From contig JAQGDQ010000407.1 of NCBI GenBank assembly GCA_030141605.1, positions 126,942-190,941 of the forward strand: a stretch of 64,000 bases of DNA. The letters run 5' to 3'. Position 1 is the stretch's first letter; every line of letters starts with the position of its first letter. The translations under genes and the position numbers were made by a program. This document shows positions 1-14,074 of the stretch, piece after piece. The notes under the pieces are model-generated. The model worked only from the letters and a program-made list of their open reading frames with translations. It had not been told where the DNA came from and did no database searches. Origin of the DNA: Tubiluchus corallicola (lineage: Eukaryota > Animalia > Priapulida).

Positions 1-292
1 GATAACATATTTTACTAAGTATATACTTATGGAATGCTTATGATATATTTTGATGCAACTGAAAGTTCCAGTTTAATTATTATTAGAAAGAAAAGGAAGT
101 GTTTTTCTTACGGCACTTGCAATTAAACTTGTTAGTAGTTAAAGGCAAAGCGACAAATTAATTCACATTTCAACTCTGTTCTTATTTCAGTAATAATTAC
201 TGCCTGCTAGTTAATCTCATTACTTAAGTAAATGCCTCCAAAATGGAGACTAAATGGAAAGAAATTACACAGTAACCTTAGAGAATACTTAC

Positions 293-1704
293 AGTAAAAG
301 GCCAGCCAGCAAGAAGACAGTGATAGAGAGACACCCTCTGCCACACCCCTCTGCACTGGATTTGCTCTGCTTCCCATTGCCACCGCAACAGCCACAACAC
401 AGTCGACCGCAGCAGAAGAAACATCCCACGATGGGCATGAGAATAAGGAAAATGATGCCAACACAGATGCAAATGATTAGGCCCATGACTTGCAGCATTG
501 ACTGAAGAAGAATGTATCCAAAAAAAACTGAAATACTTTACAACAAACATTTTATTTGTATCGTCTATTTTTGCAGCCCTTTCTTTTTTGTCCTTCTGAC
601 ATGTAATATTATAATGATTCGCTTACTAATCTCTGTGACGAGATTCTCTATAGACCAAGCAGACGATGACGACACCTTAAATAATGCAAAAAATGTATCT
701 TTTCTTGAACTTTTTTTCCTATTACTTAATAGAAATCTGCAATCACAGTGCTATTATCTACTATATATGACCATTATTACTGTTAAACCTGCCAGGTAAA
801 CCGTTCAATATTCATTGTCAAAAAACATGAAATTGCATCTTGATCTTACTTCCGTCACTAGATTTCCTATGTCGTTGTCCGATAAACCACCATCTTTTTC
901 TGCTTTTTCCGCCCATTTCAAAATAAAATCTAAAAGAAAAAAATGTTAATTTAGAAAAAAAATGTTTGATTCTCAAAAACAGGCATACAGGCTAAAAATT
1001 GAACGTATATAAATGGTTCAAGGACATTACAGTAAGTTCTACTGGAGATTTTGTTGCTGCAAAATGAGCCACCTAGCACCTATAGAGCACAGCCCAAAAT
1101 TTAAAGCCAAAATGGTTTCAGCACTCGATTCTTTTAACTGCACCATTAGATCGATTTTTTTCAAAAAATACATAGAAAATAACCACAGAACTATTTGCAA
1201 TGACCCTCACTATCACAGGATTCCGCTCACATTTGAAACTAGGCTACATAAATTCGCAAATGGCAGACACGCTTCTACACTCTGGTGTAATGTGGCACTA
1301 CTGGAACCTCCTTATATGCCTTCCAGACTTCAATTCCAGATAAGGAAGAAAATGAATAAAAAAAGAAACTCTTATGTTATCAGATTAGCATTGACTACTA
1401 GTACATATATTCTGAATAAGTTTGGCCATTAAAAATAAAAACAAAAACACAAATTGCTTAAAAATTCTTTACCTGTGTCAAATTCTTTCGTCATCAACGA
1501 AGCGAACCATTTTGCTGGGTTATAAACCCATATCATACCATAAGCCTCATAGTCAAGCTGCGTTTTATACTCACTGGGCTGAGGAACGTCTCCCCACGTA
1601 ATTGTACCATCATTATCTACACTAGGACCATCATCTGCGCAAGTTACATCAATCAAAATCAGAGAAAACGTAAGAAAGAGCGGAAAAACTCGAATCGACG
1701 CCAT
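293..1704 (-). CDS. PROM1: Prominin (CD133-family) pentaspan membrane glycoprotein, first three coding exons; gene continues beyond the left window edge
   Basis: Exons 1704-1473 (signal peptide MASIRVFPLFLTFSLILIDVTCA..., phase 1), 929-850 (DFILKWAEKAEKDGG...VTE, phase 0) and 501-293. All have GT-AG sites and compatible phases. Exon 3 encodes GLIICICVGIIFLILMPIVGCFFCCGRLCCGCCGG...CLSITVFLLAGLL, which is TM1, the Cys-rich loop and the start of TM2 typical of prominins. Confidence 0.88.
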
Positions 1705-4246
1705 GTTTGAGAAGCTAATATCACAGGTAATGGTAATGAGAAGCAAAACGCTGTCTGATTTCCGATAGTAAAGCTGTAAAGCCTGACTTTTCAACAAAAA
1801 TTGCACTACACTACAATGTCCAAACACACGGTGTCCAAAAATGAAAAAAAAAACGAAAAATTGTCTGTTACACGCAATCTTAATCCCGTATTTATTAGGC
1901 GTTTAGCCCAAGTATATAGTTGTATATTATATATAGGCCTTGACAGAATGATGGCTCATACATCACGCGTCATTTCGTGATAAAATAATCTATAACCAAT
2001 CAGTTGCTTTAGCACAGTTGGACTTTGATTCCTTCAGGTTGACTCATTATGTGCTGAATCATTAGACACGGTATAGAAAATTGCAACGCGAGACGTTATC
2101 AGAGCGGCAAATAACTTTCTATTAACCAATTTTATTGTAATTGAATAACGAAATATTCTTTGATTTATGCTTGTAGTTATGTGAGTGTACGTTCCTTTTG
2201 GTTATTCTTTTTACTATCATTTTATTCACAGACGTTAATCAGGAAATCATTTTTTACTTGTAACGTAATTTACAAATAACAAATTTTTAAAAGATTAGTA
2301 ATATTACGTAATACAAGTTAATTTAAAATCAAGAGGCAGAAGGTTTTCATTTATGTAGTTATTCTCCAAATAGCCTTTCATAATGTGTTCGTACAGCAGA
2401 GCAAAAAAGTAACATTTCACCTCATTATAAAATGTACTTACTTTTGTATTGCAGCCTGTACTTTAAAAAGTACTCAAGTAGAATGATTGCGAGTATTTTT
2501 CATAAACAAGTTAAATTTATCTGATTTGAAAGGTACTTTCAAAACTCTATCTTTAGAAAACAAAAGTAAATCAATGAAATCAAATTAGAAAGTTTTTTTA
2601 CATAATATAATTCATGTCAAGTTAATTACATCTATCCATAATAAGCATGTCTTGTCGTGACATACATTATAGCATCTACTGACTCACAGTAGTGCTTTTG
2701 TTACTTATACAAAAAATTGTGCGTGTAAAAAAGAGTGAATGTGACGTGTTAATCTATAAAAAGTAAGTTCACAAATTTAAATTCCTAATCTCTCAGAAGC
2801 GAAGGGTTTTTTAGGGTTTTCTCTAGCCCGTAAGGCTACTATTCTGAGTCTGAAATACTCTTTGGATGTCTAGGGATTTCGATTTCCGGTCCAAAGTCTA
2901 AACTATGTACAGAAGGATCATTATTCCCGCATATAAAATATAGAGACCAGCAAATTAAGCATTTAACATTCTGAATGTTAGGCACTAGGTTAGAATGCCA
3001 ACCAGTCATAAGTTGAATTTTACAAGAACAGGAGAAATCCTAATCAATTTAACCAGCTAATGCTGAAAAAGGACAACAAGAACAACATTCAAATGAGTAG
3101 CGATTTGAGTCGAACGATCGACTAAAAATGACGCATTTTTCTGCTGCGGATGTGTGTGTAGCACACTTGAACTACACTTCACACAACAGTTGGGGCTACG
3201 TTTCTTGCTCGTACGACCACTGTTAACACAGCAAAACACGACAGTTCCTTTCATAAGGTGTTTACTGCAGTCTTTATTTTCTAAAGGAGAAAAAAAACAA
3301 TACATAAAATCTGCAGTAATGCAATTTGAACAAAAAAATTACACAGAAAATTGCTATGTAATAAATATACAAAAATCACTTACTTCGTTCGGCCAAAGAG
3401 CGCACACTGTTTATATGGTTGAAGCATAACATTAATTTCTTACATAAAAATTGCATTATCCACATTACAAAACATTGCATTATCCACAAAAACCAGACAA
3501 CTCTGCCAGCAATTGCCCCAATTGCCCACTTGTCCCCTTTAGTTTTTGGCTCCCTCGTGCGGGAAAAAGAAAAAACAAATTACATGGGCAATTTGCTCAT
3601 AACAACCACATACCATAAAAAATGTCAAAGCGACATGTAGGTACCAGCCGACGTCATTTAACCCTGCTAGACATGGTTTACGACACGCTCATTTTTAAAA
3701 ACTCTTGTACACAAAGTTTTATTTTAACTTCCTCATAGCGACCAGTGGTGAACTTAAGTGATCTTCTTCAACTCGGTAAAATAGGCCTGCCTGCATTAAC
3801 TGCTATCCATCGCTACTTAAGAAACAATGACGGCAATACAAAGCAAGAACGTATTGGCGAGTTTTATGCAATAAGAAATTTTTACTAACGGTACTTGCAA
3901 AGTGATCAATTTTACAAAAACACCTTTTCTTGCACGCATTATAATCATAAAGTTAGTGAACATGGATATGGACCAGGAAAATTTAATGCAAAACTATATT
4001 ATAAAAGCTTTATGAGTGCAAGATAAATCTAGAGCGTACATTCTAGCTCATCTCGTGGTTTGAACTGTTTAGGTAGTTTTTTTTTCGTTACTAATAATGT
4101 TTACCTGTTGTACAAAATGTTCAAATTACTGCCGCTTTGCCGTATTTAAATATCTCTTATTCAATTCTACCAGTTAATTGATGAATTTCTACTTATATAA
4201 ATTTAACAAAGGAACGTGCGCGCCCTTTAGTGTGCTTAGTTACTTA

Positions 4247-5607
4247 ACCCACACCCGTGCCCAACCCACACCCGTACCCAACTCACACCCGTGCTCATCT
4301 CACACCCGTGCCTAAATCACACCCGTGCTCAACTCACACCCATGCCCAACTCACACCCGTGCCCAACTCACACCCGTGCTCATCTCACACCCGTGCCTAA
4401 ATCACAGCCATGTCCAACTCACACCCATGCCCAACTCACACCCCTGCTCATCTCACACCCGTACCTAAATCACACCTGTGTCCAACTCACGCCCATGCCC
4501 AACTCACACCCGTGCTCATCTCACACCCATGCCTAAATCACACCCGTGCTCATCTCACACCCGTGCCTAACTCACACCCATGCCCAACTCACACCCACGC
4601 CCAACTCACACCTGTGCCCAATTCACAAACGTGCTCATCTCACACCCATGCCTAACTCACACCCGTGCCAAACTCACACCTGTGCTCATCTCACACCCGT
4701 GCTCAACTCACACCCGTGCTCATCTCACACCCGTGTCCAACCAATTTACACCCATGCCAAACTCACACCCGTGCCCAACTCACACCCGTGCCAAACTCAC
4801 ACCCGTGCCCAACTCACACCCGTGCCCAACTCACACCCGTGCCCAACTCACACCCGTGCCTAAATCACACCCATGCCTAACTCATACCCATGCCCAACTC
4901 ACACCCATGCCTAAATCACACCCGTGCCTAACTCACACCCATGCCCAACTCACACCCATGCCCAACTCACACCCGTGCTCAACTCACACCCATGCCAAAA
5001 TCACACCCGTGCCCAACTCACACCCGTGCTCATCTCACACCCGTGCCTAAATCACAGCCATGTCCAACTCACACCCATGCCCAACTCACACCCCTGCTCA
5101 TCTCACACCCGTACTTAAATCACACCTGTGTCCAACTCATGCCCATGCCCAACTCACACCCGTGCTCATCTCACACCCATGCCTAAATCACACCCGTGCT
5201 CATCTCACACCCGTGCCTAACTCACACCCATGCCCAACTCACACCCATGCCCAACTCACACCTGTGCCCAACTCACAAACGTGCTCATCTCACACCCATG
5301 CCTAACTCACACACGTGCCCAACTCACACCTGTGCTCATCTCACACCTGTGCTCAACTCACACCCGTGCTCATCTCACACCCGTGTCCAATTCACACCCA
5401 TGCCAAACTCACACCCGTGCCCAACTCACACCCGTGCCAAACTCACACCCGTGCCCAACTCACACCCATGCCCAACTCACACCCGTGCCCAACTCACACC
5501 CGTGCCAAACTCACACCCGTGCCCAACTCACACCCTTGCCCAACTCACACCCGTGCCCAACTCACACCCGTGCCTAACTCACACCCGCGTCTAACTCACA
5601 CCTGCGC
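4247..5607. repeat. 17-bp minisatellite (CTCACACCCGTGCCCAA)n with a 650-bp higher-order duplication
   Basis: About 80 degenerate 17-mers. The variant pattern recurs at a 650-nt offset (ORF pairs 4410/5060, 4546/5196, 4580/5230, 4665/5315). Confidence 0.95.
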
Positions 5608-5664
5608 CTGTGTTTATAAAAGTTCTGAATTCAGACTTTTGTTTGTTTTTTTTTTGCTTTGCAG

Positions 5665-6516
5665 ATGCTGATTGCTGGAATTCTGCTTGGCGTGGCTTTT
5701 ACGGTGGAAGCTGGAATAGAAGCTGGTATGCATGCATCACACTAACAGTTTTTTAAAAGAAAAACCAAGATTCATTTATTTTTACTTGTCTTTAATATAT
5801 GGTCTTGCAGTTGATGTCTTCAATGTGCCTGTTTAACGTCAACTTTGTAAACAATGGATATTCCCGTAATTTCCTTGGAAATATGACGGCGTGGTGCTCT
5901 AAGCAACTGTCTTGTAACCAGAAGATCCCTCGTTCAAATCCAGGTTGAATTACAACTTTTTCTCACATTTTCTGTCTTTCAAATTTGGTATAAAAATTTA
6001 ATAAACTGAGCTTCAGTTGAATCTTGCAGATTATTCTCGAGACACAGAAGCTGATTGGTTATTATTTTCTGGTCCGTTAATTACTCTAGAAAGTCATCAA
6101 ACTATGCGACTTTTTTGCGAAATCGGTGAAGATTTGAAGCGCCAAAAAATTTCCACAGAAAAACGATTCAAGGAATGAAAGTTGGCCTGTGAAATTCTTC
6201 TGCGAATATTTATATTCGTGTGCCTCCTACTATCAATAATTCGAGTTGATTTTATTCTGTTTTAGCTTATTACGAACAAGAACTTACCCAATATAAGAGA
6301 CATGTGCGATATGGAGCTAAAAAGCTTGAAGGTAATCGTGTGCTACAAAACTTGAAACTCACGAAACTGTGTATGTCACTACTATATCACTATACAGTGT
6401 TTATTATTTGGAAAGCACTATACCGCCACAAACTTTTTGACATAACTGTTTGTTCTTGTTTTTCTTCTTCTTATTATTGTTGTTGTTGTTGTTGCTGCTG
6501 TTGCTGTTGATGTTGC

Positions 6517-6568
<52 letters not shown>

Positions 6569-6588
6569 GCTGCTGTTGATGTTGCTGC

Positions 6589-6659
<71 letters not shown>

Positions 6660-6756
6660 ATGTTGTTGATGTTCTTGTTGTTGTTGTTGTTGTTGTTATT
6701 GATGTTGTTGATGTGTTGATGTTGATGTTGTTGATGTTGTTGATGTTGATGTTGTT

Positions 6757-6788
<32 letters not shown>

Positions 6789-6792
6789 TGAT

Positions 6793-6882
<90 letters not shown>

Positions 6883-9800
6883 ATCATCATCATTAATATT
6901 ATTATAGGCTTAACTCCTACTTGCTTTGTTGTTGATGTTCCACCAAGTGTTACGGAATCAGGGATAATGGTGAATTATCCTATGCGGGATACAACTACAT
7001 ACATAGAACTTAATAATGTGATCACTACGGACTTGACTCAAATAACAGTAGGCATGGTAAGTAAGGTTTACCTAAATAATTCAAGTAGCTTGTTTGAATT
7101 TTTCACAAGTGTTTTAATTAAACCTAAATTTTATATTCTTTTATTCATCACATGGCATTGACATTTTTCTGGCGCTCGACAGAAGTTGCCAATTCAGCAG
7201 AAAATTTTTATGAGACGTGAAAAGGTTTCTGAGTACCATAAAGTTTTTGTGCGTTTTCACTGCAAAAAAATCAACCACTGAACAATTTTAGCGATTGTAA
7301 CGCTGTTTGTTATAGTACCATGTACATTTTAAAAGTTGTTGTTGGTGTTTGTGTTGGTGTTCAATCTAATGATCGACGTTATCAGAATTTATCTTTAATT
7401 TATCATTAATTTCTGTAAAAAAAAACATGAGACGGGGCATAAATGATGAACTAAAAATGATTCAGCCAATAGAAAAATGTCAAAAGAAGTATAAAGCAAT
7501 GATTTTCTATAAATACAAGACTCACTAACTTTTTATTGCAACAGCTATAACACTATCCTGGTACAGATTATCCATAAAACATTGATTAATTTTTAGAGCC
7601 GTGTAAACGTCGCATAATCTAAAACTTCTTCTTCCTAATATTTGCATTGACGCATCTTTCTTCCTTTCCTATGCGATCTAATCTTTTCTTTTTTTCTTTT
7701 ATTCACATATCAATGGGATTACACGAACTTTTGCTTCTCTGATTCACTGTAATACAATTTTCCTTTTATGATAACAATAGTGCATGAAACATGACATTAC
7801 CGTATGATGTAACAATATTGATAGTTTGTCGCCATGTATTGATGCCACTATTGTACTGAATGTGATAACAAATAAAACTTCCAATGCTGTCCTTATTCTC
7901 GTTTCATTAATTTTTGTATCGCTTTGGACTTTGCTAGAAATCAGTTGTCGATCACGGGGCTTAATTGCAGATGGATGTGCCGAAGCAAAAGGCCTGTGTT
8001 CTGTTCTTGTTGCTTTGTTGCTTCCTCCTCCTCCTCCTCTTCCTCTTCCTCCTCTCCTGTTTCGATTCTGCTTTTCTCTTGATGTTTGTTCTTGTTCTTA
8101 TCTTTGTTTTTTAATGCTACGTTGCGTTCCTTTATATAGTTTATGAATAATGTTTGGCACCGTGTTTTCTATTTTTTAGTGGGTGAAAACAAATGATCCT
8201 ATGAAATTTGCACTGCTCGGGTATGGAGCTGGAACTACAACTGCCGACTTCGACAATGAATTCTTAATTGCCTGTTCTGGGAATAACCTAGTACTTATTA
8301 GAGACAGTGAAGTGACGTAAGTTGTTATTAGGGAAACAGGAAAATAATTTCTACCCTAGCATACAGTGTTCTCGGAAATCTTTCTTTCTGCATATAAAAA
8401 ATAGAAATAACAAAGCTGCTGCTTGCGCAGTTTACAAATGCACAATTATTTAGTTATTATAAAGATAATAATAAATATCAAAATAAAGAAAACACTAATT
8501 ACTCACATCGTGCCTCTATAGCAACTTAATAAATAAATCTATGGAAACGTTGTACAAACGTCAGTCTGTTTAATGAGATTCGACCTAATTTACAAATTCA
8601 CAAGTAAGTTTCACAGGTAAATTCACTCAGTTGATCTCTTGTAACAGCAATATACTAAAAGCTTCTACCATATTTTATGTTGAAATCTTCGTTTCAACAT
8701 TTTTTTTAAAGTTCGCGAGTTTTTGCTTCGGGAAGAAACTGATCGCAATATCTCCCTAAATCTCTTGAAAAAATTTTGGGCTTTCTGGAATAACTGATTA
8801 TGTCTGGATCTGGACGAGTAGAGCTCTGGAACACCAGATGCTGAAGGTGAAGGTATTGGTTTCAGTTTGGCAGCTTTATGGTTAACTTTGATTCACCTTC
8901 AGAAGTAGGAATTTTTATCCATTTTCTCATTTCAACATTGTGTTTCCACCCACTTCCTGCTAGTTTCTTGTCACAGTGATTGTATTTAACCTTGCCACAC
9001 ACACCGCTCAGCGTCCTAATCAAAGCGCCAAGGGAGGTCTTCATTGAAAATGATTTCTGATAAAGCAATGACAATTTACCCAGGTTTAATGCATATTTAG
9101 TAGTACCAATTTAACTAGTTTTTAACGAACTTGTCCCTGCGCTGGATTTCAGTATTACTAATCTATGCAGCTTAGCAGTTATCATTCCCGACATTATTAA
9201 ATATATTACCTAGTAAATAAAAAAGTTAATAATTTGATAAATTAGTGCATTCGTGTATTATACGTATTAATTCTATTCTTGACTTTTTCAGCAGCTTTGC
9301 AACCCACTGTAACTTAACGCAGTCAGCAACTAAGGGGTAGTTCCAGTTCTCTTTCTGAAATACGTTAAATGACGACGACTCATCTTTCTTTTTCCGCTCT
9401 CACACTCCTATGTTTGTACCGAATAAAAAAGTCTACTACGTGGCCTGACTAACCCAGCTACCATCGTTACGTGCAGTCAAAACCGTGCTAGGTACTTGTT
9501 CTGTGGCCTGGCCTAGCGTCACGTTAACAAATACCACGCTGATAACTTCAAGTTTCAAACATTTATTACTGACACAATATAGGCTACACTTTATAGGCAG
9601 GATAGAAAAAATTCTCCACTTTTGCCGACTTTCAGCTCATTGGCCTCTGGTCAATTACAATGTCCTCGTGGTCATTCCTCTGTCAAACAACAGTGATTCT
9701 ATCTGAAATCGAGCTATGAACCACTATTTCATTTCATTTAGAATTATAGACCCTGTTTGTTGCTGATTTCTTATTAACTGATTATTTTAAGCAAAAAAAT

Positions 9801-12438
9801 CTTGCATGTTTTTCCTTTTATTTATTTGATATTCAAACACTGAGTTTAGTTGGACTTATGAGGTCATCAACTCTTTTTGTCAGAAACAAAACTGGGGATA
9901 CAGTACAATATGGTAGCACATTATACCTTGCGACTTTTTCAGATCTGATGGCAACAACTTCTGCTCAACCATAAGGGACGACCAATGGCATTATGTCACT
10001 GCTTCTCACAATACTGCAACAGAAGAATATTGGCTTTCCTTGGATGGCATGTTTGCAAGTAAGTAATTTTCTTTGCCTCGCAATGGTTTCAGTTTAATTC
10101 TAATTGCAAGTTATCATTTATCTTGGAAGTCGAAATGTTATTTTATATATTGAAGTTCCTTGTACAAAATGCAATACACTTTTGGACACAACTTCAGTGA
10201 TTGCGACGCTTTGAGTGGTCCTTTGGCAAAAATTTTGTGAACACTAAGATAATAAATTGCAAATTAGAACTGCATTTCACTTACAAACTTTACGTTTTCC
10301 CTAATTTAATGACAGCCGAATACAATTGAGACAATAATACATTAAACGCAAAGCTTCTGGCTTCTAATTTCTATGTTTATCTGGGAAAAATTGGACGATA
10401 TCAACGATATAAATTTTATTTTTGCAATGCTTGCTTTTTTACGTCATGTATTCGTATAAATAATTCACAGCCTAGTCAACGCAGAAGCTTGACGTCCGAC
10501 GCTCAAAAAATAGGAAAACCTTCTAGAGTAGGCATGTCTTTCTGTCGGCTGCCAAATTTTATCACCCATTCACAGTGTATGAGTTCTTTCTCCCTTCTAA
10601 ACGCTACCCGCGAATGTTTTTGTGTATCATAGGCCTAAAAATTTTTTAAGATGATTAACTTCTTAAATAAATGTTGAAGTTCTGCTTAAACAATTACAAA
10701 GAAACTGTAAAGACAGCACGAACAATGTCCACTACTACTGACACGAAAAATAACCTGAACATTTTAGTGAAACGAAAAATAGATGTCAGTTCTTACAAAT
10801 TAAGTCACTGTTTCACAATGGCAATTACTATTATAGTTTTAGGATTTTTATACTGAGAGACTTTAAAATTAGTGTAAAAAGTATCAGACAGATCGTGTTT
10901 TAAATGGAGAAATTTAAAATAATTCTCCTGCCATGTTAGCCCACTATTAGCCCTGCCATATTAATTTGAAGAACAAATAACATAATCGAATGATTAAGTC
11001 TGGCATTGTCAAAAAAAGTAAAATTTAGGAAGATAACTTTTCAAAGAATAATTTTTTTCTTTGGTTTTCTAAGATCAGTAGTCTTTACTGAAACATGGTG
11101 AATCCTACAAACTACATTAATTTCGTGAAACTCAAACTTTCTACCTGCAGGGTTTACATACAAAAACATTGCTGGGTCTAATTCCAAACGATATGTTATA
11201 TACGGTACAACATACGATAAGATATAGTGGGGCGTATAGTTCAAATGCTCGCAAATGAAATTTACACTTTATTTCAGATATTACATAGCATTTTTATTCT
11301 TATTATTCAGGTGGTACCTTTATTTCTGATCATGGGATAATAGAAACCGGTGGGCGACTGTTAATTGGACAAGATTTAGATCCTACAACTACAATTCAAC
11401 CGGACTATCCCTTTTCAGGAACTATCACTGGCATTACCATACATGATAGCAAATTATCCATGGACACTATAAGTATGTAAACGTACATACATAATATTGA
11501 AATGTAAAAAAATATGATCAGTAAGTTCAAAAAATGAATATCGTTGCATTTGTATGTATATATTCTTGTGTGTGTTCTTAGTACTTTAGAACTAAGTCTG
11601 TTAGTTGCAAGATAATATGTGTATAGTGATGCCATTTTTATTATATAATTATCAGAGATAAACTAAAACAAGAAACAGAATGTATTAACAAGGAGAGGTT
11701 AAAATAACCAAAGTAAACAAAACAATGATTGCACTCAACAAAAGCGACAGCAGGAAGCCATTGGTCTCGGTGGCATTGCTAAAAGGGGGGTGCGGTGCGC
11801 GCCGGGCGGAAAATTTCAGAGGATGGCATTTTGATCAAGTGCCGTGAAAAAATTGATTCTGTCAGAATAGTAGAAAAGCAAACTCCTGACAATTTAATTT
11901 AATGTTGCTTAGAGGGTTTGCTAATTAGTAATTTAATGTCGTTGCAATTTTGTAACATATATTAGATTTGAAACTTTTTTGAAATTGGGCAAAATCTGCA
12001 ATTGTGAGTACTTTATTCGTACAAAACTGTAATAAGGTGATATAATTTCGTTAATGTACGCCATTTAATGGCATGTTGTCACACGACGGCAGAACACTGT
12101 AGTTTCTTACTAAGTAATAGTAATGGGTTCAGCACTGGATATGCCTACATTACATTATTTCATAATTTCCAGATACAATGAGGCTATCCTGTATAAATAC
12201 CGGAAATCTCTTCACTTGGAATGTTGATCCTATGATGTTGGTTGGTCTCAGTACGACAAATCCGTCAACCTGCTTGCCTTCCTCAACAAGAGTTTGTGCG
12301 CTGACAGAAGAGCAGCTCAACGTGCTCTTTGATTACATACTTGAGAATGATTATCAAACATCTTCTCTTATTTACATCATCTTTAATGAAGTTAAACATA
12401 TCTTAAATGACTATCTGTTTACAAATAGGTTCTATTAA
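5665..12438 (+). CDS. Secreted pentraxin/LamG-like (concanavalin-A fold) protein, ~318 aa, 7 coding exons
   Basis: Exons 5665-5725, 6266-6331, 6908-7056, 8180-8316, 9943-10058, 11311-11472 and 12173-12438 splice in frame (957 nt). Motifs in pentraxin order: signal peptide MLIAGILLGVAFTVEA, YP..TTTYIEL..LTQITVGMWVK, GYGA..DNEFL, DDQWHYV..SLDG, IETGGRLLIGQDLD..PFSGTITGITIHDSKLS..I, C..GNLFTW. The end of the last exon is less certain. Confidence 0.82.
5886..5992 (+). mobile_element. Degenerate tRNA-derived SINE-like fragment
   Basis: tRNA-like head with B-box GTTCAAATCC and loop CTTGTAA. The downstream part (caactttttc..ctttcaaatttggtat) recurs at ~59085-59145. Confidence 0.35.
6477..6892. repeat. 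Compound (GTT/GAT/GTC)n microsatellite
   Basis: Visible trinucleotide run inside pentraxin intron 2, ending about 15 nt before the 6907 acceptor. Confidence 0.97.
8357..8630 (+). repeat. Dispersed repeat, copy 1 (copy 2 at ~31396-31730)
   Basis: Shared blocks tgttctc(g/a)gaaatcttt, ttactcacatcgtgc and cctaatttacaa..tcaca.gtaa. Confidence 0.6.
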
Positions 12439-14074
12439 TCCGTTGCTCTCTTTGTGCTTTAAAAAACTAAAACCTACTGCTCTGTCTTAACTCTTAGGTC
12501 ACATTCTGAGGAATAACACAAGCATTCTGCAAAAGCAGTACGTTTGGTAGGTCCTTAATGCGCAGTAATGTTCTCGGTAAACACAAAATCGTGCATTGCT
12601 GCATATGTTCGCAATACGGGACATTCCAGATCTGTTGCAGTTGTCGGTTCATCACATGTTTTGCACACGCTTTATGATGATTTTAATGCACAAGAAACAC
12701 ACCATTTTTGACAGATTGGTGATGACGTATTAATCATTTCAACAGTGCATATTCATGCTTCCTTGAGTGTGCACGCTCTACAAAATGATGACAAAAACAC
12801 TGTCCGTCAGAATGCAATAGGTAGAGATATAGGCTATGGAACATGACAAAATCCTTCACTATTCACTAGTTAGGCCCTCAACTATAATTTTATTGCATCA
12901 ACAGCAAAAGCAGTATCATCCTCATCATTATCGTCATCTCTCGTTTTTATCTATCTGTCAGCCATGTCAGAAAACCTTAAAAAATACAATCTCAGACGGA
13001 AAGATAAATCAGAGACGTTTTGCTTTAAAAGAGTACGTCTAAAGATTGTTTAGTTTCGATAGCTGAACTACAGTTGGAGGTGTCCTCAAACTGCTTTATT
13101 ACAATTGTTAAAGAAACTAATGATAAAGCTTTAACTGCATTCTGCATAGTTTACTATAAAATGTTATCTATACGGTATGTACAATGTGCTGAAATAAAAA
13201 CCAGAAATAAAAAAGCAAACAAAATAATTAAACAAACAATCGTTCCGCAAACTTAACTAACCATAGTTTTGAATTTTGATCGCACAGGTAGCTGTATAAA
13301 CATCATAAGCATAAACATAAACAATATAATCATATATGAACATATAAAAATTAAGACGCAATACATTATATGTAACGATTAATTTCCTAATTCGAACTTC
13401 TTGATGTGTGAATGGTTAATTACTGCAAAACTGGTTAATTGCTGAAGAATTCCAAACAAACAAGATGCTTTCCTGTGCTCAAGAATTACAGAGCAGACGA
13501 TTAATACAGTCTTATTATTACGTGATAATACCCAAAGCTATCACATAACATAGTAAAATAACCATAACAATAGTTACGTAATATCAACTCTAATCTATTA
13601 AAAAAGTACAAGTTCAACGTTGAGGCAAACAGGCTTATCTCTAAATAATATGCACTATGCAGCTAGTTGATCAAAGCAGCATCCTTCCTCTGAGTGTCCT
13701 GTAACTCCTGTTCCCGATGTCCACTCCATACCATAGCTTCGGACACTAGATTCACCAACAGCATATATATATAACATAATATATATGTTGTGTGTATATT
13801 CCAGGATATTTACCATAAACTAGTAAACATCATTTGTTTAGATATTAAGGCTAATGTTTGCTAATTACTAACTCGTGACGTGCATCAGAAAATGTACACA
13901 AGTTAATTACGCAATACTGAAAGTACTTACTTACTTATTGTCATTGATAATAACTGTATTAACATAATGAAATGCCATTAGTATACAACATTAATCATTA
14001 ACCCTAAATCGCACCACCTAGTCCAAAGATATTTCACACGTAAAGTTTTCTACAGATGTGATTTAAACTAAGTT

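Noticed and set aside
1013-1432. 139-aa plus-strand ORF
   Set aside because: Antisense within prominin intron 1, with no recognisable motif or splice support.
3057-3305. Cys-rich minus-strand ORF with a strong acceptor near 3282
   Set aside because: No recognisable domain or in-phase partner; at most a 5' UTR exon of prominin.
4291-5671. Many His/Pro/Thr/Cys-rich ORFs
   Set aside because: Translations of the 17-bp minisatellite in all frames; no codon-level conservation.
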